A stretch of 64,000 nucleotides of DNA from the human T2T-CHM13v2.0 reference genome, Homo sapiens: assembly GCF_009914755.1 (NCBI RefSeq), contig NC_060944.1. One strand, given 5' to 3'. Position 1 is the first letter of the stretch. Every line of letters starts with the position of its first letter. Of the stretch, positions 14,207 to 27,328 are shown one piece after another. Position numbers and translations under genes: made by a program. Under the pieces are notes generated by a model. That model did no database searches and was not told where the DNA came from. It was given only the letters and a program-made list of their open reading frames with translations.

Positions 14207-14984
14207 CACGGATCTTCCCTTGCTCCCCACCCACAATTCCCTACATTTCCCCCCTCAAGTGACCCCCAAATTCTCCTCTCCACCGTGAATGTGCTGAGCA
14301 GAGCCATCAGGCAGAAGCAGAGCCTGAAGGCTTCCTGTGTGACCCTGGGCAAGCCCCTTCCTTCTCAGACCTGTTTCCCCACATGGGCAGGAAGCGCTGA
14401 GGTGGGGAACAGAGCTGCTGGATAATCTCAGCTTTCCTTTCCGTTTCAGTGGCCTCTTCTGGGCTGGGCAGGTGGATCCCCCAGCAGTGACAGCTCACCT
14501 GATCCGGCTTGGGAAAAAGGGGCATGGAACCCATGAGAGGGAGGCCTGTGGGGGAGTGCCGATGAGGGTGGCAGGCAGCTTGCAGAGGATGCCCTCCAGG
14601 GCTGGCTGCCCACCCAGAGGCCAGGTTGTGACCCTCCACGGCCAGCTGGGGGAGGTGTCCAAGCCAGGCCTCTGGAAGCCCTGGAGCCTTGTCCAGCCAG
14701 CTCCTCGGGGTGGCTGGTGGCTGAAGGCTGTGGAAATGGCCTCTGGGGACTGTCCAGAGAACCAGGTGCTCACAGCTCAGGGTCCTGGAGCCTCCCCCAG
14801 AGCAGAAGCAGGGCCTTCAGGATTCACCTGTGCTGTGTCCCAGCTTTGCCCTCTGGAAACCCTTTCTCTGCAAAGATGGGGTCAGGGAAAGGCCTGGGAA
14901 AAGATGTTTGCTTTCTTTAAGTTGTAGATAGAGAAAGCTGCAGGGGAGGGCACAGGCTCATGGTCCCTCTTAAAGTGTGTGTGA

Positions 14985-15275
14985 GAGGGAGACAAGAGGA
15001 GGGAGAGAGAGAAGGATGCGGTGAAGGACAGGAAGAAACACAGGAAGAAAGAAAAGGAAAGATAAAAGATAAGTGAGAAAGAAGAGGAAGGAAGGGAAGG
15101 AGGGAGGGAGAAAGGAGAGGAGAATGGAGGTGGAAGAAATAAAGGAAATAAAAAAGAAAAAGAAAGGGAAGGTAGACTGACAGAAAAATGATAGAAGGGT
15201 GGAAAGAAAGAGAGGACAAATGGAGAAGACAGAGGAGAAAGAGTAAGAGGAGAGGAGGAGAAGGAGCAGGAGGAG
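14985..15275. repeat. GA-rich polypurine tract (U/C-rich in the mRNA)
   Basis: Read directly from the sequence. Confidence 0.85.
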
Positions 15276-15323
15276 GTGTGCAGGGGCCGAGGACTAGGAC
15301 CAGAGAGTCGGGAGAGCCGGCGG

Positions 15324-15433
15324 TCAGGGCTGCAGGCCGGGCTGGCGCGGCCTCACGTCCAGCCTGCGGTCCAGCTTCCTGTCCTTGCGTGGGCGCCGGT
15401 CCTTCCTGCCCTTCTTCTGGCCGGGGCTCCTCT
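15324..15433 (-). CDS. RSPO4: R-spondin 4 exon 5 coding part (110 nt): basic C-terminal tail and stop
   Basis: Acceptor ttgcag|AG. Peptide ERSPGQKKGRKDRRPRKDRKLDRRLDVRPRQPGLQP, TGA at 15326-15324. Total CDS 705 nt. Confidence 0.95.
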
Positions 15434-16729
15434 CTGCAATGAGAGGACAGAGCCCGGTGACCAAGGCTGCAGGGCCAGTTAGGTCCTGGGAGCCTCCTCA
15501 GTCCTGAAAGACAAGGGTGCCCCACCCACTCCCCAACAACGGGGCTCAGAACATTTGGGCACTGACCTTGCAGTCCCTCCTGTTGAGAGTTTGGACCGTG
15601 GGCTAAGGTACCCCAAACTGAACCTTTCTCTCTAGGTCTTCAGGGAGTGGCGAGGGCCACTAACTTGTTCAGGGCCTTCTTGTGCTGGACATCTGGCTCG
15701 GCCAGGCCTGCAGGTTCACCTGGGGCCCCCCAATCAGCATGTCGGGTGGCCTCATGGGAGTCCCCATGGCTTTCCCCGGCACACTCCTTCCATAGCTGAG
15801 CAGGCTCTGTGCTGGACGCTGGACACCTTTCATCTGTGTCCCTGCACCAACTTCTGCATAACACTGTGGCAACAATACTTCAGCATTTAGCAAGCGCTCA
15901 CTGTATGCAGGCCACAGCCCCAAGTGCTTTATGTATACGAAACTCACAACAGCCGAGAGAGGCAGGTAGGGTCTGAGCCACACCCAGTCCCGTCTTCTCC
16001 AATTGTCCTCTCTTTCTCTCCACCCTTCTATCATTTTTCTGTGCCAGTCTACCTTTCCTTTCTTTTTCTTCTTTATTTCCTTTATTCCTTCCACCTCCAC
16101 TCTGGCTGTGCCCGCTGCCCAGGGAGTTCTTCTGAGCAGTTGCCTGTCATTGTTATGGACAGGTGAGAAGACCACAGCATGGTTGGGAGCAAGGCCAGCC
16201 CTAAGTTTCTGCTTTACAAAGTGTCTCCACACCCAGGACATTCTCCTACATTGCTTGGGCCCCATTCAGTTCCCCGCAAGGAGCTGTGTGTCCATTTGAA
16301 CACGATGAACCTGAGGCTCCATGAGTCACTTTCTGAAGGTGCGCAGCGAGGCTGTTAGAGACCCTCTGAGCCTAGTGGCAAGGGGAGGGCAGTTTTATTC
16401 CTTGGGTGTCAACTATGTGCCCGTCTCCCCAAGAGTCAGGGCTGTGGCTCCAGTCCTGGCTCCTTCCTCTGCAGAGCAGAGTCAAGGAGCTAAGACCAGG
16501 CTACCCACCTCTGGGGCTCCCCACGCCCACTCTGAGCTCTTGGGGAGCACTGAGGCCAACTCCCACTCTGAGCTGCAGAGCTGACTGTGCAGGCCTCAGG
16601 TAGGACAGCATCTGGAGATGGGGTGTGGGTGCTGCCTGAGTGGCCCTGCCGGCTCTGATGTGGGGGTGTGGGGGCCAGTGGCTTTGTGTCCCTACCCCTT
16701 CCCTAGGCCTGCCTGCCAGCTGCTCATGT

Positions 16730-17015
16730 ACCCATCCAGTCACCCACCCATCCCTCCACCTATTTACCCACCTACACACTCACCCACCTATTCACCCATC
16801 TACTCACCCACCTCCATACCCAATGACCCATCCATCCACCTAGGCACCCACCCATCACCTATCCATCCACCTGTTCACCTATCTACCTACCTACCCACCC
16901 ACCTAATCATCCACCTACCTACTCATCCACCCACCTACCCTCCCATCTACCCTCCTATCCACCCATCTACCTACCCACTCACCCACCTGTGCATTCAGCC
17001 ATCCATCCACTCATC
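16730..17015. repeat. (CCAY/CCTA)n degenerate tetranucleotide array abutting an L2 3' end
   Basis: Read directly; followed by caacaaatatt...tatgtgccag, the L2 tail in reverse. Confidence 0.88.
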
Positions 17016-18034
17016 CAACAAATATTAACTGGATACCGACTATGTGCCAGACTGTGTTAGAGGCACTAGAGAGACAGCTGTGAACAAGGCAGATAAAGCC
17101 CTTGCCGTCACTGGAGATCACACTCCAGTAAGGAAAACAGACGCTGAACAAGCAAACACGAGAATGAGAAGGCTCATTTCAGAAGGGTGCAAGTGCTACC
17201 ATGTGATATGATGGAAAATGACTCCGGGGAGGGGGACTCCTGGGAAGCCTCTCTGAGGAGGAGCCACTGCAGCCAAGACCTGGGTGATGCAGGGAGCTAC
17301 AGCGGGGTTGTTGCGAGGATTAGAGTCATGTTTCACAGCACTAAGCACAGCCAGCACATGGTAGATGCTTTATGAATGTTTGCAGTTATTGTGATTATTA
17401 TTATCCAGGGGAAAAGCTTTCCCCTCATGATTCCCCAACAGCCATTCACCCCCAGCTCTTGGAGCCATGAGAGGTGCCATGTGGTAATGAGTGCAGAAGA
17501 ACTGTCTGCCTCCTGTGTGAGTCCTGCTCTGGCTCTGGGGTCTCTTAGGTTCTCTGGTTCCACCTCAACCTCACTCTGTCCTCACCTGCCCAACATGACT
17601 CCCAAAGGCTCCTATCTCTGCTAGCTGCACTCCCAACCCAAATAGCACAAGTCCTTCTGAAAGAGGAGTGTCCCTGAGTTCAAATCCTGGCTCCACTATG
17701 TCCCAGCTGGGTGCCCCGGGTGGCCTGGTTCCAGGTCCCTCATCCTTCATCATGACTTTAGATTCCTCTTTGCATGACGAGTTACGTTTGAATTCTAGGT
17801 CTACAGCTCCCTGGCTTTGTGACCCTTAGGTGAGTGACTCAACCTTTCTGGGCCTCAGTCCCCTCATCTGTAAAATGGGGATAGTGCTAATAACACCTAC
17901 CGCATAGCATCACTGCGAAGATTACATGAGTTAACGATTATAGAGAATTCGGCACAGTGCCCAGTCAACACTGCCAATACTACTCACCGTTCACATCTTA
18001 CCAAGCACACCCTGTGGCCTCTCTTCTATGTAAA

Positions 18035-18680
18035 TCAGTGGTCCTTCATAGCCCCCAGAAACATTTTGGAAATACGTGTAGTGGTCTTGAATGGCACAGT
18101 GAAGGGGGTTCCTGTGGCATTCAGTGGACGGCAATCGGGATCCAGCGTGGGACAGTCCCCCGCAAAGACGAGCTGTCCCCCTGTTCCATCCAGTTCTCTC
18201 ACATCGTGCCCCACCCTCACGTAGCTGAAAAGTCTGCTTGCTGGGAGCTGAATTCTGTTTGACTCATGAATACCAATTGGTTTCGAACACTTCCATTCAC
18301 TGAAGATTCTAGGGCACTGTGAGTGTGGTGTCAATCAGAGATCAATTGGGTTGGACCTTACTAATCATTGGTCACTGTTGGGAAATCGCATCTCTGATGG
18401 CGATGTGGCCACGTACTTGGGGCGCTGACCACGGCCGCGGTCCTCACTGGGATTGTACTTCCCTAAGTGTCTGTTGGTATGTTGGGCCAAGCGCTTCCAT
18501 CAAGAAATTTCTTTTCTTTCTCCTCTATATTACAGTTAGGACACTATACTGATAAAAAAAAATTACCTTTGCAAGTAGGCCACATTCTCCATGAACTTCA
18601 TTAAGAATGATAAAGAGGGTATTCCCAAATCCTTCTTATTAAAAGGGGGGTGTTCAGTTTGAGAGGGTTGGGAACTCCTG
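18035..18680. mobile_element. hAT-Charlie DNA transposon remnant (MER20-related)
   Basis: Begins cagtggtccttca and ends gttgggaactcctg (Charlie-type TIRs); MER20-like gacagtccccc internal motif. Confidence 0.55.
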
Positions 18681-18901
18681 GCCAGCTCAATTTTCCTAAT
18701 GTATTTGGGACTGAACCCAGCAAGGAAGGCCCTCCTTTGAAAGGACACCAGGGAAGGTGATGTGTACTCCACATGATAGTATGGCTAATGGTGGCCTTTC
18801 AGGCAGTCTCATAGATACTATTTGTGGGGCAGTGATCTGAGTCCGCCCTGTCCCTGTGGGCCTTTCCCACCGCAGCCTCGTGTGCCTGTCCTGGGGCTCA
18901 C

Positions 18902-19087
18902 CTCCTGGGCAGGGCCTCTGGATGGGACATTTCCTTGACTCAGAAAGCACCTGGCAGGTGGCTGCCTCCTCATGCCCAGCCCGGCCAGCCTCTCGTACCC
19001 GGCTCTCCAGGCCCCAAGCCGAGCCGCAGGTCTTTCCATTGTGTGTGCAGGGGCTCCAGCCGCCCCAGGGACCCAGTTCACACTCCC
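18902..19087 (-). CDS. RSPO4: R-spondin 4 exon 4 (186 nt): thrombospondin type-1 repeat
   Basis: Acceptor cccacag|GG, donor GGAG|gtgagc. Peptide GECELGPWGGWSPCTHNGKTCGSAWGLESRVRE...RKCPIQRPCPG has the TSR WxxWxxC motif. Confidence 0.97.
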
Positions 19088-19634
19088 CTGTGGGGTGAAA
19101 GGAGAGACAGACAGACAGACAGACAGGGTCAGCCGGCAGTGAGGGTCCTTCAGATCCAAGGGCAGGGTTTGAGGGGTTCAGTCCTCTGAAGACTGAAGAC
19201 ACCACTTCCACCTGCTAGGAGCAGAGTTATTTATAAGAGCCTGGAATGAGAGCGAAACGAATGCATGCACAGACTAATATGGGCCTGAAGCCAGAGCGGC
19301 CGACTGTCTAGCTTTAAAGGAAAGGCTTCCTGGAGGAGGTGATGTATGAGTTAAAGGGAGAGAGGGGAGCTCGTCAGGTGAGAAGAAGGAAGCCCATTCC
19401 AGGCAGGTGTGCAAAGCCTTGGGAGCCCGGCCCACCATGTTTGGGAGATGGGGCAGCCTGAGTTGGGAGTCAAGTCTCAGGAAGGCGGGGACAGGAGAGG
19501 AGGCTGGAAGGTTGCCTGGGAAGCCCTCAGGACCAGGACACAGGTTTTAAACTTGATCATGTGTCTTTGATCAACTTTGGAAGGAAGAAAAAGGAGGCCA
19601 TGGACATAAAAGTTCTTCATAGGGGGTAATAAAA

Positions 19635-19765
19635 ATACATATATACATGTATATATATATATACACACACACACACATATATATATACACATATATATAC
19701 ACACACACACATATATATACACATATATATACACACACACACACATATATATATACACATATATA

Positions 19766-19811
<46 letters not shown>

Positions 19812-19812
19812 C
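19635..19812. repeat. Compound (TA)n(CA)n microsatellite
   Basis: Read directly from the sequence. Confidence 0.95.
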
Positions 19813-19994
19813 TTTGATTATTTTAAAAGTCCATGAGAAGTAGGCACAGAATATGGGTAGCTATGAATACTCCTATTTTGTAGATTTGGACACTGAGACC
19901 TAGAGCAGAGGTTTGCTAAGGGAACGCAGCAAGAGGCTCACACAGCAGACACAGCAAGCTCAAGACACAGTGGGACCCAGACCTTGCTAGATAC

Positions 19995-21260
19995 ACACAT
20001 TTGACAAGTAAAGACTGAGCACCCAGTGTATGCCAGGTGCTATTCTGGGTGCTGAGGGAGCAGCAGCAGACAAGACAGCCCAGGGTCTGCAGGCCTCCTG
20101 GAATTCACCATCTGGACACCGCCGTGATGAGGGAAGTGCAGGCACCGTGGGAGCCCAGAAGCAGCATGGGTTGGGTTGTAGGGGAGGAAACCCCTGGACT
20201 GGGTCTTGAAGTGGGGGTGGGATGGCGGGGAAGGGGAGCCTAGCCAGGCTCAGGGAGGGACGGGAGGTGCTCCAAGTGAGGGCATAACCCCAGCAGAGTC
20301 CCCAGGATGATTTGGCCTGGAACTGGGCAAGCCGGAGAATAAGCTCAAACTGAGGAGGAAAAAAATGATGGGGGTGGAAAGGCTGGCAGATGGGACAGAT
20401 TGCCCAGGGCCTGGGTGGGCTCCGCCCAAGGGCAGTGGGAGCCACTGAAGGGTCCTGGGAGGAAAAGAAATTGAGCAGACTATCATTGTGAAATACTCCC
20501 TCTGCTGTTGAGTGGAGACTGGGCTGGAGGGACTGAGAACCAAGGCGGGAGACGGGCAGGAGCTGTGGCCAGAACCCTGGCGATAGGCAGGGGGTGGCAA
20601 GAGGGTGGGAAGAGGGCGGCACAGAGGACAGAAACAAATGGGTGGGGAGAAAGGGATGAGCTGAATGGTGTGGGTTTGGGAGCTTCGTGCTGCTTCATTT
20701 TCACCCCAAAGTTCTTCCTACCACCCAAAATATTATGCATTTGTTCTCAGGTGTCGCTTCTGTCTCTCCACTGAAATGTCATGTCCTTGAGTGCAGAGGC
20801 TTTGTCTGTTTTGTTCTGTAATGTGTCTCCAGCACCTAGGAAAGTGCCTGGCCATAGCAGATGCTCTAGTAGATATTTTCAGAGTGAATAAATGAACAGA
20901 TTGGATTGAATATAGGGTGAGGGAGAGAGAAGAGTCAACAGCGATGTCTGCATCTCGCGCATGCCACCCAGGGATCAGGGAGCTGGTTATTGAAACCCAG
21001 AGGAAACCCAGAGGGAGCGTTAGGTGGGGGATGGTGGCAGTGGGAGTGGAAAGAAGGCACCCAGAGGGCAGTGGAGGTGAGGATCAGCTGCTCAGGGAGG
21101 CTGGAGACACGGAGTCAGGGGCCATCAGCAGCTGGAATGACCATGAATGTGAGCCCGGAGGGAATGCGTGGGCAGAGAGGCACAGTGTAGATGAGAATGC
21201 CAAGGAGCAGCCTAGTGCAGGAACGGGAGGGCTCACAGGCAGGAGTGTGACAAGGAGCTG
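19995..21260. mobile_element. Degraded L2 fragments
   Basis: tgagcacccagtgtatgccaggtgc; cagcacctaggaaagtgcctggc...gagtgaataaatgaa. Confidence 0.6.
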
Positions 21261-21537
21261 TTAGGAAATAATCAGAGCAGTAATAACACTGATACTGACA
21301 CGTACTGAGCATCTACTGTGTGCTGGCTGCTGTACTGAGCACTTTAAATTGTACTAATTCACTTTATCCTCATAACAATTCCTCCCCATGAGGTAGGCTC
21401 TATGTTCTATTGTCTTTTTTTTTTTCTAACGTTTGGAGAAACCGAAGGACAGAGAGCTGAGGTGGTTTGCTTAAGATCACTAAAGGGTAAGGTTTAGAGC
21501 TAGGATTGGACCCCAGGCCTGTCCTATTCCAAAATCA

Positions 21538-21858
<321 letters not shown>

Positions 21859-22136
21859 TCAGCGCTCTTCTTCTGCACTCTGCTGATTCCCTTGGCATTA
21901 ATAACAATGCCAGTGTTGGTTGTAGTAGTAATCATAGTAATGGCGGTTATGTTGGCTCTAGTGTTTTGCAGTTACTATGTGGAGGTACCCAGTGTACCTG
22001 ACATGGTGGTGCTGGGCCTTCCCTCACCATATGGCATTCTACTGTAATTTCTTCCAGGGCCCCTAACATCTCTCACCAAGCCCCCGCTCCAGGGAGAGGG
22101 GAGGGGCAGGGGCAGGGCGGGGAGGTCCCCACTCAC

Positions 22137-22277
22137 CCTGGCACTCCCGTGTGTTCTGGTGGGCCAAAGTGCCCGGCGGGCAGGTGGGCAGACACTTCCC
22201 CTTGTACAAGTAAAACTGCCTCTTGCACCGGATGCAGAAGTCCTGGCTGAAGCAGCTCTCACAAGTGGCCCCACATT
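22137..22277 (-). CDS. RSPO4: R-spondin 4 exon 3 (141 nt): furin-like domain 2
   Basis: Acceptor ttacag|AA, donor CAGG|gtgagt. Peptide KCGATCESCFSQDFCIRCKRQFYLYKGKCLPTCPPGTLAHQNTRECQ contains F99/F103, the LGR4/5/6-binding phenylalanines. Confidence 0.97.
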
Positions 22278-22912
22278 CTGTAATAGAGCCAGGGACACCC
22301 CAGGTGAGGGAGACTGCCAAGGATGGGGCCCACTGGGTCTGCCCGAGGTGGAAGGCCCTCTGGGTAGCTCCAGGCTTGGTAGCATTTGGGTCAGGACTCA
22401 GTGTCTCCTTTGAAGCCCAGACTTGGCCAAGGTCAAACTGGGCTGCATGTGAAGAGAACACTCCCTTTCTCATTTGAGGGGAGGCTCAGAGAGAGCGAGT
22501 GACTTGCTTGAAGTCACCCGCAAACCAGGGCTGGAGTGAGGACTCCCTGCTTCTTTTTCACCTCAGAAATAGTGATAATTTGCCCAAAGTTACAGCAAAA
22601 ATTAGAGCTTGGAATTAGGACTCCTTTTCCTATTTGAGCTAAGACCAGAGAAGGTGAGTTACATGCCTAAGGCCACACCACAAACTAGGGTAGAAGTGAA
22701 AGTTGCCTGTTCTATTAGTGCTAATTAAGGCTGAGAGCGGACTGACTTGCCTCGGGCTGCGGAGTCAGCCTGGACACAGGCAGGTATCTCAGAGTCTGGG
22801 CTTAGACATGCACCTACTTCCCCTCTGTCTGTGCTGGGGTGAAAGGGTGGGATCTAAGCCCATGGTGTCTAGGAGCCCAGCACTAGCATAGAACAAGGGA
22901 GAAGCCACGTAC

Positions 22913-23101
22913 TTTTGCACCTGTTGACCTCCTGGCCGCGGATGCCGAAGTACCCAGGGGGACAGTCGTGCAGGCACTTGCCGTACTGGCGGATGCCTTC
23001 CCGGCGGATGAACAGGAAGAGCCTCTGCTGGCAGGTGGAACAGCCGTTCTCCTCTGAGCAGATGATACAGCCTGTGCAGTTGCCCCCCAGGCCAGTGCCC
23101 A
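22913..23101 (-). CDS. RSPO4: R-spondin 4 exon 2 (189 nt): furin-like domain 1
   Basis: Acceptor gggcag|TG, donor AAAA|gtacgt. Peptide VGTGLGGNCTGCIICSEENGCSTCQQRLFLFIRREGIRQYGKCLHDCPPGYFGIRGQEVNRCK includes the N34 sequon and the R60/Q65 loop that binds ZNRF3/RNF43 in the family. Confidence 0.97.
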
Positions 23102-23179
23102 CTGCCCACAAGACCAGGGCAGAAGGAGGGGGAAAGGGAGAGAGAGATGGTCAAACCATATATGCGAGCAGCTGAGATG

Positions 23180-23625
23180 GTCTCATTGGGATAGTAACTG
23201 GGCACATGGCCACCCAAACAAAAGACTACATTTCCCACCTTCCCTTACAACTAGATATGGTCATGTGACCAACATCTGGCCAATCAGATGTAAGGTAAAG
23301 CAGCATGTGACACTTCAAGAAAGCTGCCTTAAAGGGCAGGGGTGTGCCCCTTGTCGTCCCCTCATCCTTTCTGTTGGGTGGAATGTGAACGATGGCTGGA
23401 GCACAAGCAGCCATTTCAGATCATGAGGTGGAAACTATGTCCCGTGAGGCGGTGGAAAAATCAGATAAAAAGCACCTGGGTGCCTGAGGAAGGCAGAACT
23501 GCTGTACCAGCTCTAGCCTGCCTGTGTAGACTGTTACATGAGAGAGAAATCAACATCTATCTTGCTTAAATCACTGTTATTTGAAGTTTTCCATCACTCA
23601 CAAGCAAACTTAATCTTTACCAAAG
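23180..23625. mobile_element. Old LTR (MaLR/ERVL class) remnant
   Basis: tagatatggtcatgtgacc...tggccaat; gagagaaatcaacatctatcttgcttaaatcactgttatttg. Confidence 0.55.
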
Positions 23626-23795
23626 TAATGTGAATTTTTGAGTGTGTGTGGGTGCACATGATGAGTGGGGTGGGGTGAGACCCTCACCCTCCTGCTGGGT
23701 TCCTGAACAATACTCAGCAATACTCCATTTCTCACTGTCACCATCAGCAAGGGCTCCCACCATCATCAGGAATAGCAATGGGAGAAATTTTTTTA

Positions 23796-24305
<510 letters not shown>

Positions 24306-25789
24306 CTAGGGAAGTGAGTTGTGGTGCTGTGACTTTTCCTCTGTTCCCAACCCTGCCAACGAAGTGAGGAGATGCCAGAGAAACTCACAAAGACAGGGGG
24401 TGCCTGCAAGAAGGTGCCAGCATCTCATGCCCTGCTTGGACATAAACTCATGTCCATAGCCCTGCGAATCTGCCCCCTTCCCATTCCTCTTTGAACAGAG
24501 AAAGGAGACCAGGAGACAGAAGGGCAGAGCTGAGGGGAAGAGTGTGATAGAAGAGCCTGCACATCCTTCCCGGCACGTGTGAGGGAGTTCTCAGTGGTAA
24601 GGGGCACCTTGGGAGCAGCCAGGCTTAGGTGGTATTCCTGCTGCCTGGCACAAGAAGGCTGGTTGCTGGGAGGTGCCCCAGCAGTAAGAGGCAGCAGGGG
24701 AGACCACTGGGAGTAGGAGGTGGGGGAGAGTCAGAAAATGACCAGGTGTCACTAAGTGACAGGAAAGGATAGGGCAGCTTTTGAGAGGCAGCAATTGGGG
24801 AAACAGTAAATGGTTTCATGTTTATATGTCATTAGGGTCAGACTGGTTAATAATCCGGTTATACACCTTGATTCACCTGAGCCCCAAGACCACCCGGCAG
24901 GAAACATTCTTGGCTCTCCAGCTCTCAGATGCTCCCCTCTTCCTATTGGTGCCCCATCTCCCTTTTAGAGGAATTCCCCATTGTGCAAGGTCCTGATGAA
25001 ACACATCCTGGCACCTTCCCCCTGGAACAGAAACCAAAAGAGTTCTGGCCCTCCTTTAAGTTGGCAGCAGGTGAGAGCTAACGAAAGCCCGGTCAGATAC
25101 ACATTCTGGTGACTCCAGTCCTGGGAGTGGGACACAAGAGTGAGGGTCACACAGAAATGGGGTTCATGGTGGAGGCAGGGCAGGCTCTCTGCCCAGCCCT
25201 GGCTGAGGCCTTTCTCTCTCCCTTCCATCCCTCAGTCCCTCTGTTCCTTCCTCCCTGCTCCAGCTCTCGGATGAGTACTGCTACTTCCCCAGTCCTCACC
25301 TTCTGTTCCTTAGATTCGGTGAGGCCCCACATCCTGCTGATAACCCTCTTTCTGTTGCTTATAACTCAGGAGGCTTACTGATCCAGGGTCGTACGGAAGC
25401 ACACAGTAACTAAAGTGTACCCTGGGATGCTGTTCCCAAGCAAAGTTGGCATTGCCCTCAATTTTCTTGCCCTGGGATAAGAAACTGCAACAGGAGAGCA
25501 GAATAAAGATTTTTGTGCCTCTGGAGCTGTATACCTGGCAGGGATCTGAGGGCAGAGAGCAAGTGTGATGTTGTAAGGGAGATTCCCAGAGCCAGAGAAA
25601 TAAGAACATCCACTGAGAATTTAGCAGAGTCCGGACTTCTCACTCAGCAAAAGATTCAGATTCTGATACTACCCAGAGCTGGCAAGAATGAGAGGAAACC
25701 TTCGCTTTTTCACCTTAGATAGGAGTGTAAACTTCGGGGAAAAATCTAGCAGTACCTAATAAATTTGGAGATGTCTCTTTTCTTTTTGT

Positions 25790-26104
25790 GTTAAAAAGTT
25801 TTTTTGTTTGTTTTGTTTTGTTAAGACAGGATCTTGCTCTGTCACCCAGGCTCCAGTGCAGTGGCATGATCCTAAGCTCACTGCAGCCTCAAATTCCTGG
25901 GCTCAAGCAATCCTCCTGCCTCAGCCTCCTAAGTAGCTGGGACTACAGGCATGTCCCACCACACCAAGATAATTTTTTAAAAACTTTTGTACAGATGGTC
26001 TCTCTCTGTTTCCCAGGCTGGTCTTGAACTCTGGCCTCAAGTGATCTTCCTGCCTCAGGGTCCCAAAGTGTTGGGATTATAGGCATGAGCCACCACGACT
26101 GGCC
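25790..26104 (-). mobile_element. AluJ-like
   Basis: Dimer; gatgtctctt TSD. Confidence 0.9.
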
Positions 26105-26149
26105 TGATGTCTCTTCTAAATGTAACAATTTAGCTTCTGGTATATACCC

Positions 26150-26335
26150 TAGAGCGGCAGTTCTCAAACTCTGGCGCACAACAGCAGCTCCTAGAGAGCT
26201 TGTTAGAATATAGGTCCCTGGGTTCCACCCCTGGTACGTCTGATTCAGTAGGTCTGAGAATTTGTATTTCTAACAGGTTCCCAGGTGATGCTGATGCTGC
26301 TGGTCCAGGGACCATGCTCTCAGAAACACTGACCT
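26150..26335. mobile_element. MER5A-like DNA transposon
   Basis: gcagttctcaaact...tgattcagtaggtctg...tttctaacaggttcccaggtgatgctgatgctgctggtcc...agaaacactg. Confidence 0.8.
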
Positions 26336-27028
26336 AGAGAAACCCTTGTATATGTGTAGAAAGAGACAAAGATATTTATTGCAGCATTATTTAATAGCAA
26401 ACAACTGCAAAAAGCTAACCCTCTGCCAAAGGAATAGATAAATACATTGTGGTATATTCATACACCACAGCCAGATACCACATACACAACCCAGCCATGA
26501 TAAATGACTGAGGTAGCTACAGTTATCATTGTGGGCACAGCTCAAAGACGGGGCTGAGAGGAAAAAAGCAAGGTGCACGATGAATCATATAGTAAGAGCC
26601 ATTTATATAAAGTTCAAGGACCTGCAAAGCAATATTTTGTAGCATTTGTGACTTGTAAATATGCATTCAGAGCAGAAGACATGGGACTAACCAACACTGA
26701 ATTCAGGATCATGGCACACAAATGTTTATTATATTATTTTAAATTCTTGACTGTAGGTTTGAAATAGTTCACCCTAAAAATGCATAAAGAACAAAAGAAT
26801 TTAGCCTCTACTGTGTCCTGGGGCAGGAGGAGGCCTACATTCTTTCTTCTCCTTCTCCACTAGCTCCCCTCCCAAGCCCTGTCCCATCCTCAAGCTGAGG
26901 TCTTGAGCAGGGGAAGGTGACAAATTCTGAAGACGTGGGACCCGGGTTCCAAGAGCAGTGGAGACTCGTGCCTCTGCACACTTTGCCCCTCGTCCACTCT
27001 CCCCTCATCCTCAGTAGTGGAATCCTGA

Positions 27029-27328
27029 TTTTTATTTTATTTTTTGAGGCAAGGTCTTGCTCTGCCCCCCAGGCTGAAGTGCAGTGGCACGACCTTGGCT
27101 CACTGCAGCCTAGACTTCCCGGGCTCAAGCAATCCTCCCTCCTCAGCCTCCCTAGTAGCTAGGACTACAGGCGTGCACCACCATGCCCAGCTAATCTGTG
27201 TATTTTTTTGTAGAGAAATGGTTTCACCATGTTTCCCAGGCCGGTCTAAAACTCCTGGGCTCAAGCAATCCTCCTGTCTCAGACTCCCAAAGTGCTGGGA
27301 TTACAGGCCTGAGCCACAGCGCCCGGCT
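27029..27328 (-). mobile_element. AluJ-like
   Basis: Dimer; ggaa(t/c)cctgat TSD. Confidence 0.9.

Larger units (their letters stand above)
13420..15323 (-). other. RSPO4: RSPO4 3'UTR (~1.9 kb)
   Basis: Runs from the stop codon to the first canonical minus-strand AATAAA that I found. Confidence 0.8.

Noticed and set aside
14917-15525. 202-aa ORF overlapping exon 5
   Set aside because: Wrong frame relative to the spliced CDS; its hydrophobic stretch is just the pyrimidine tract
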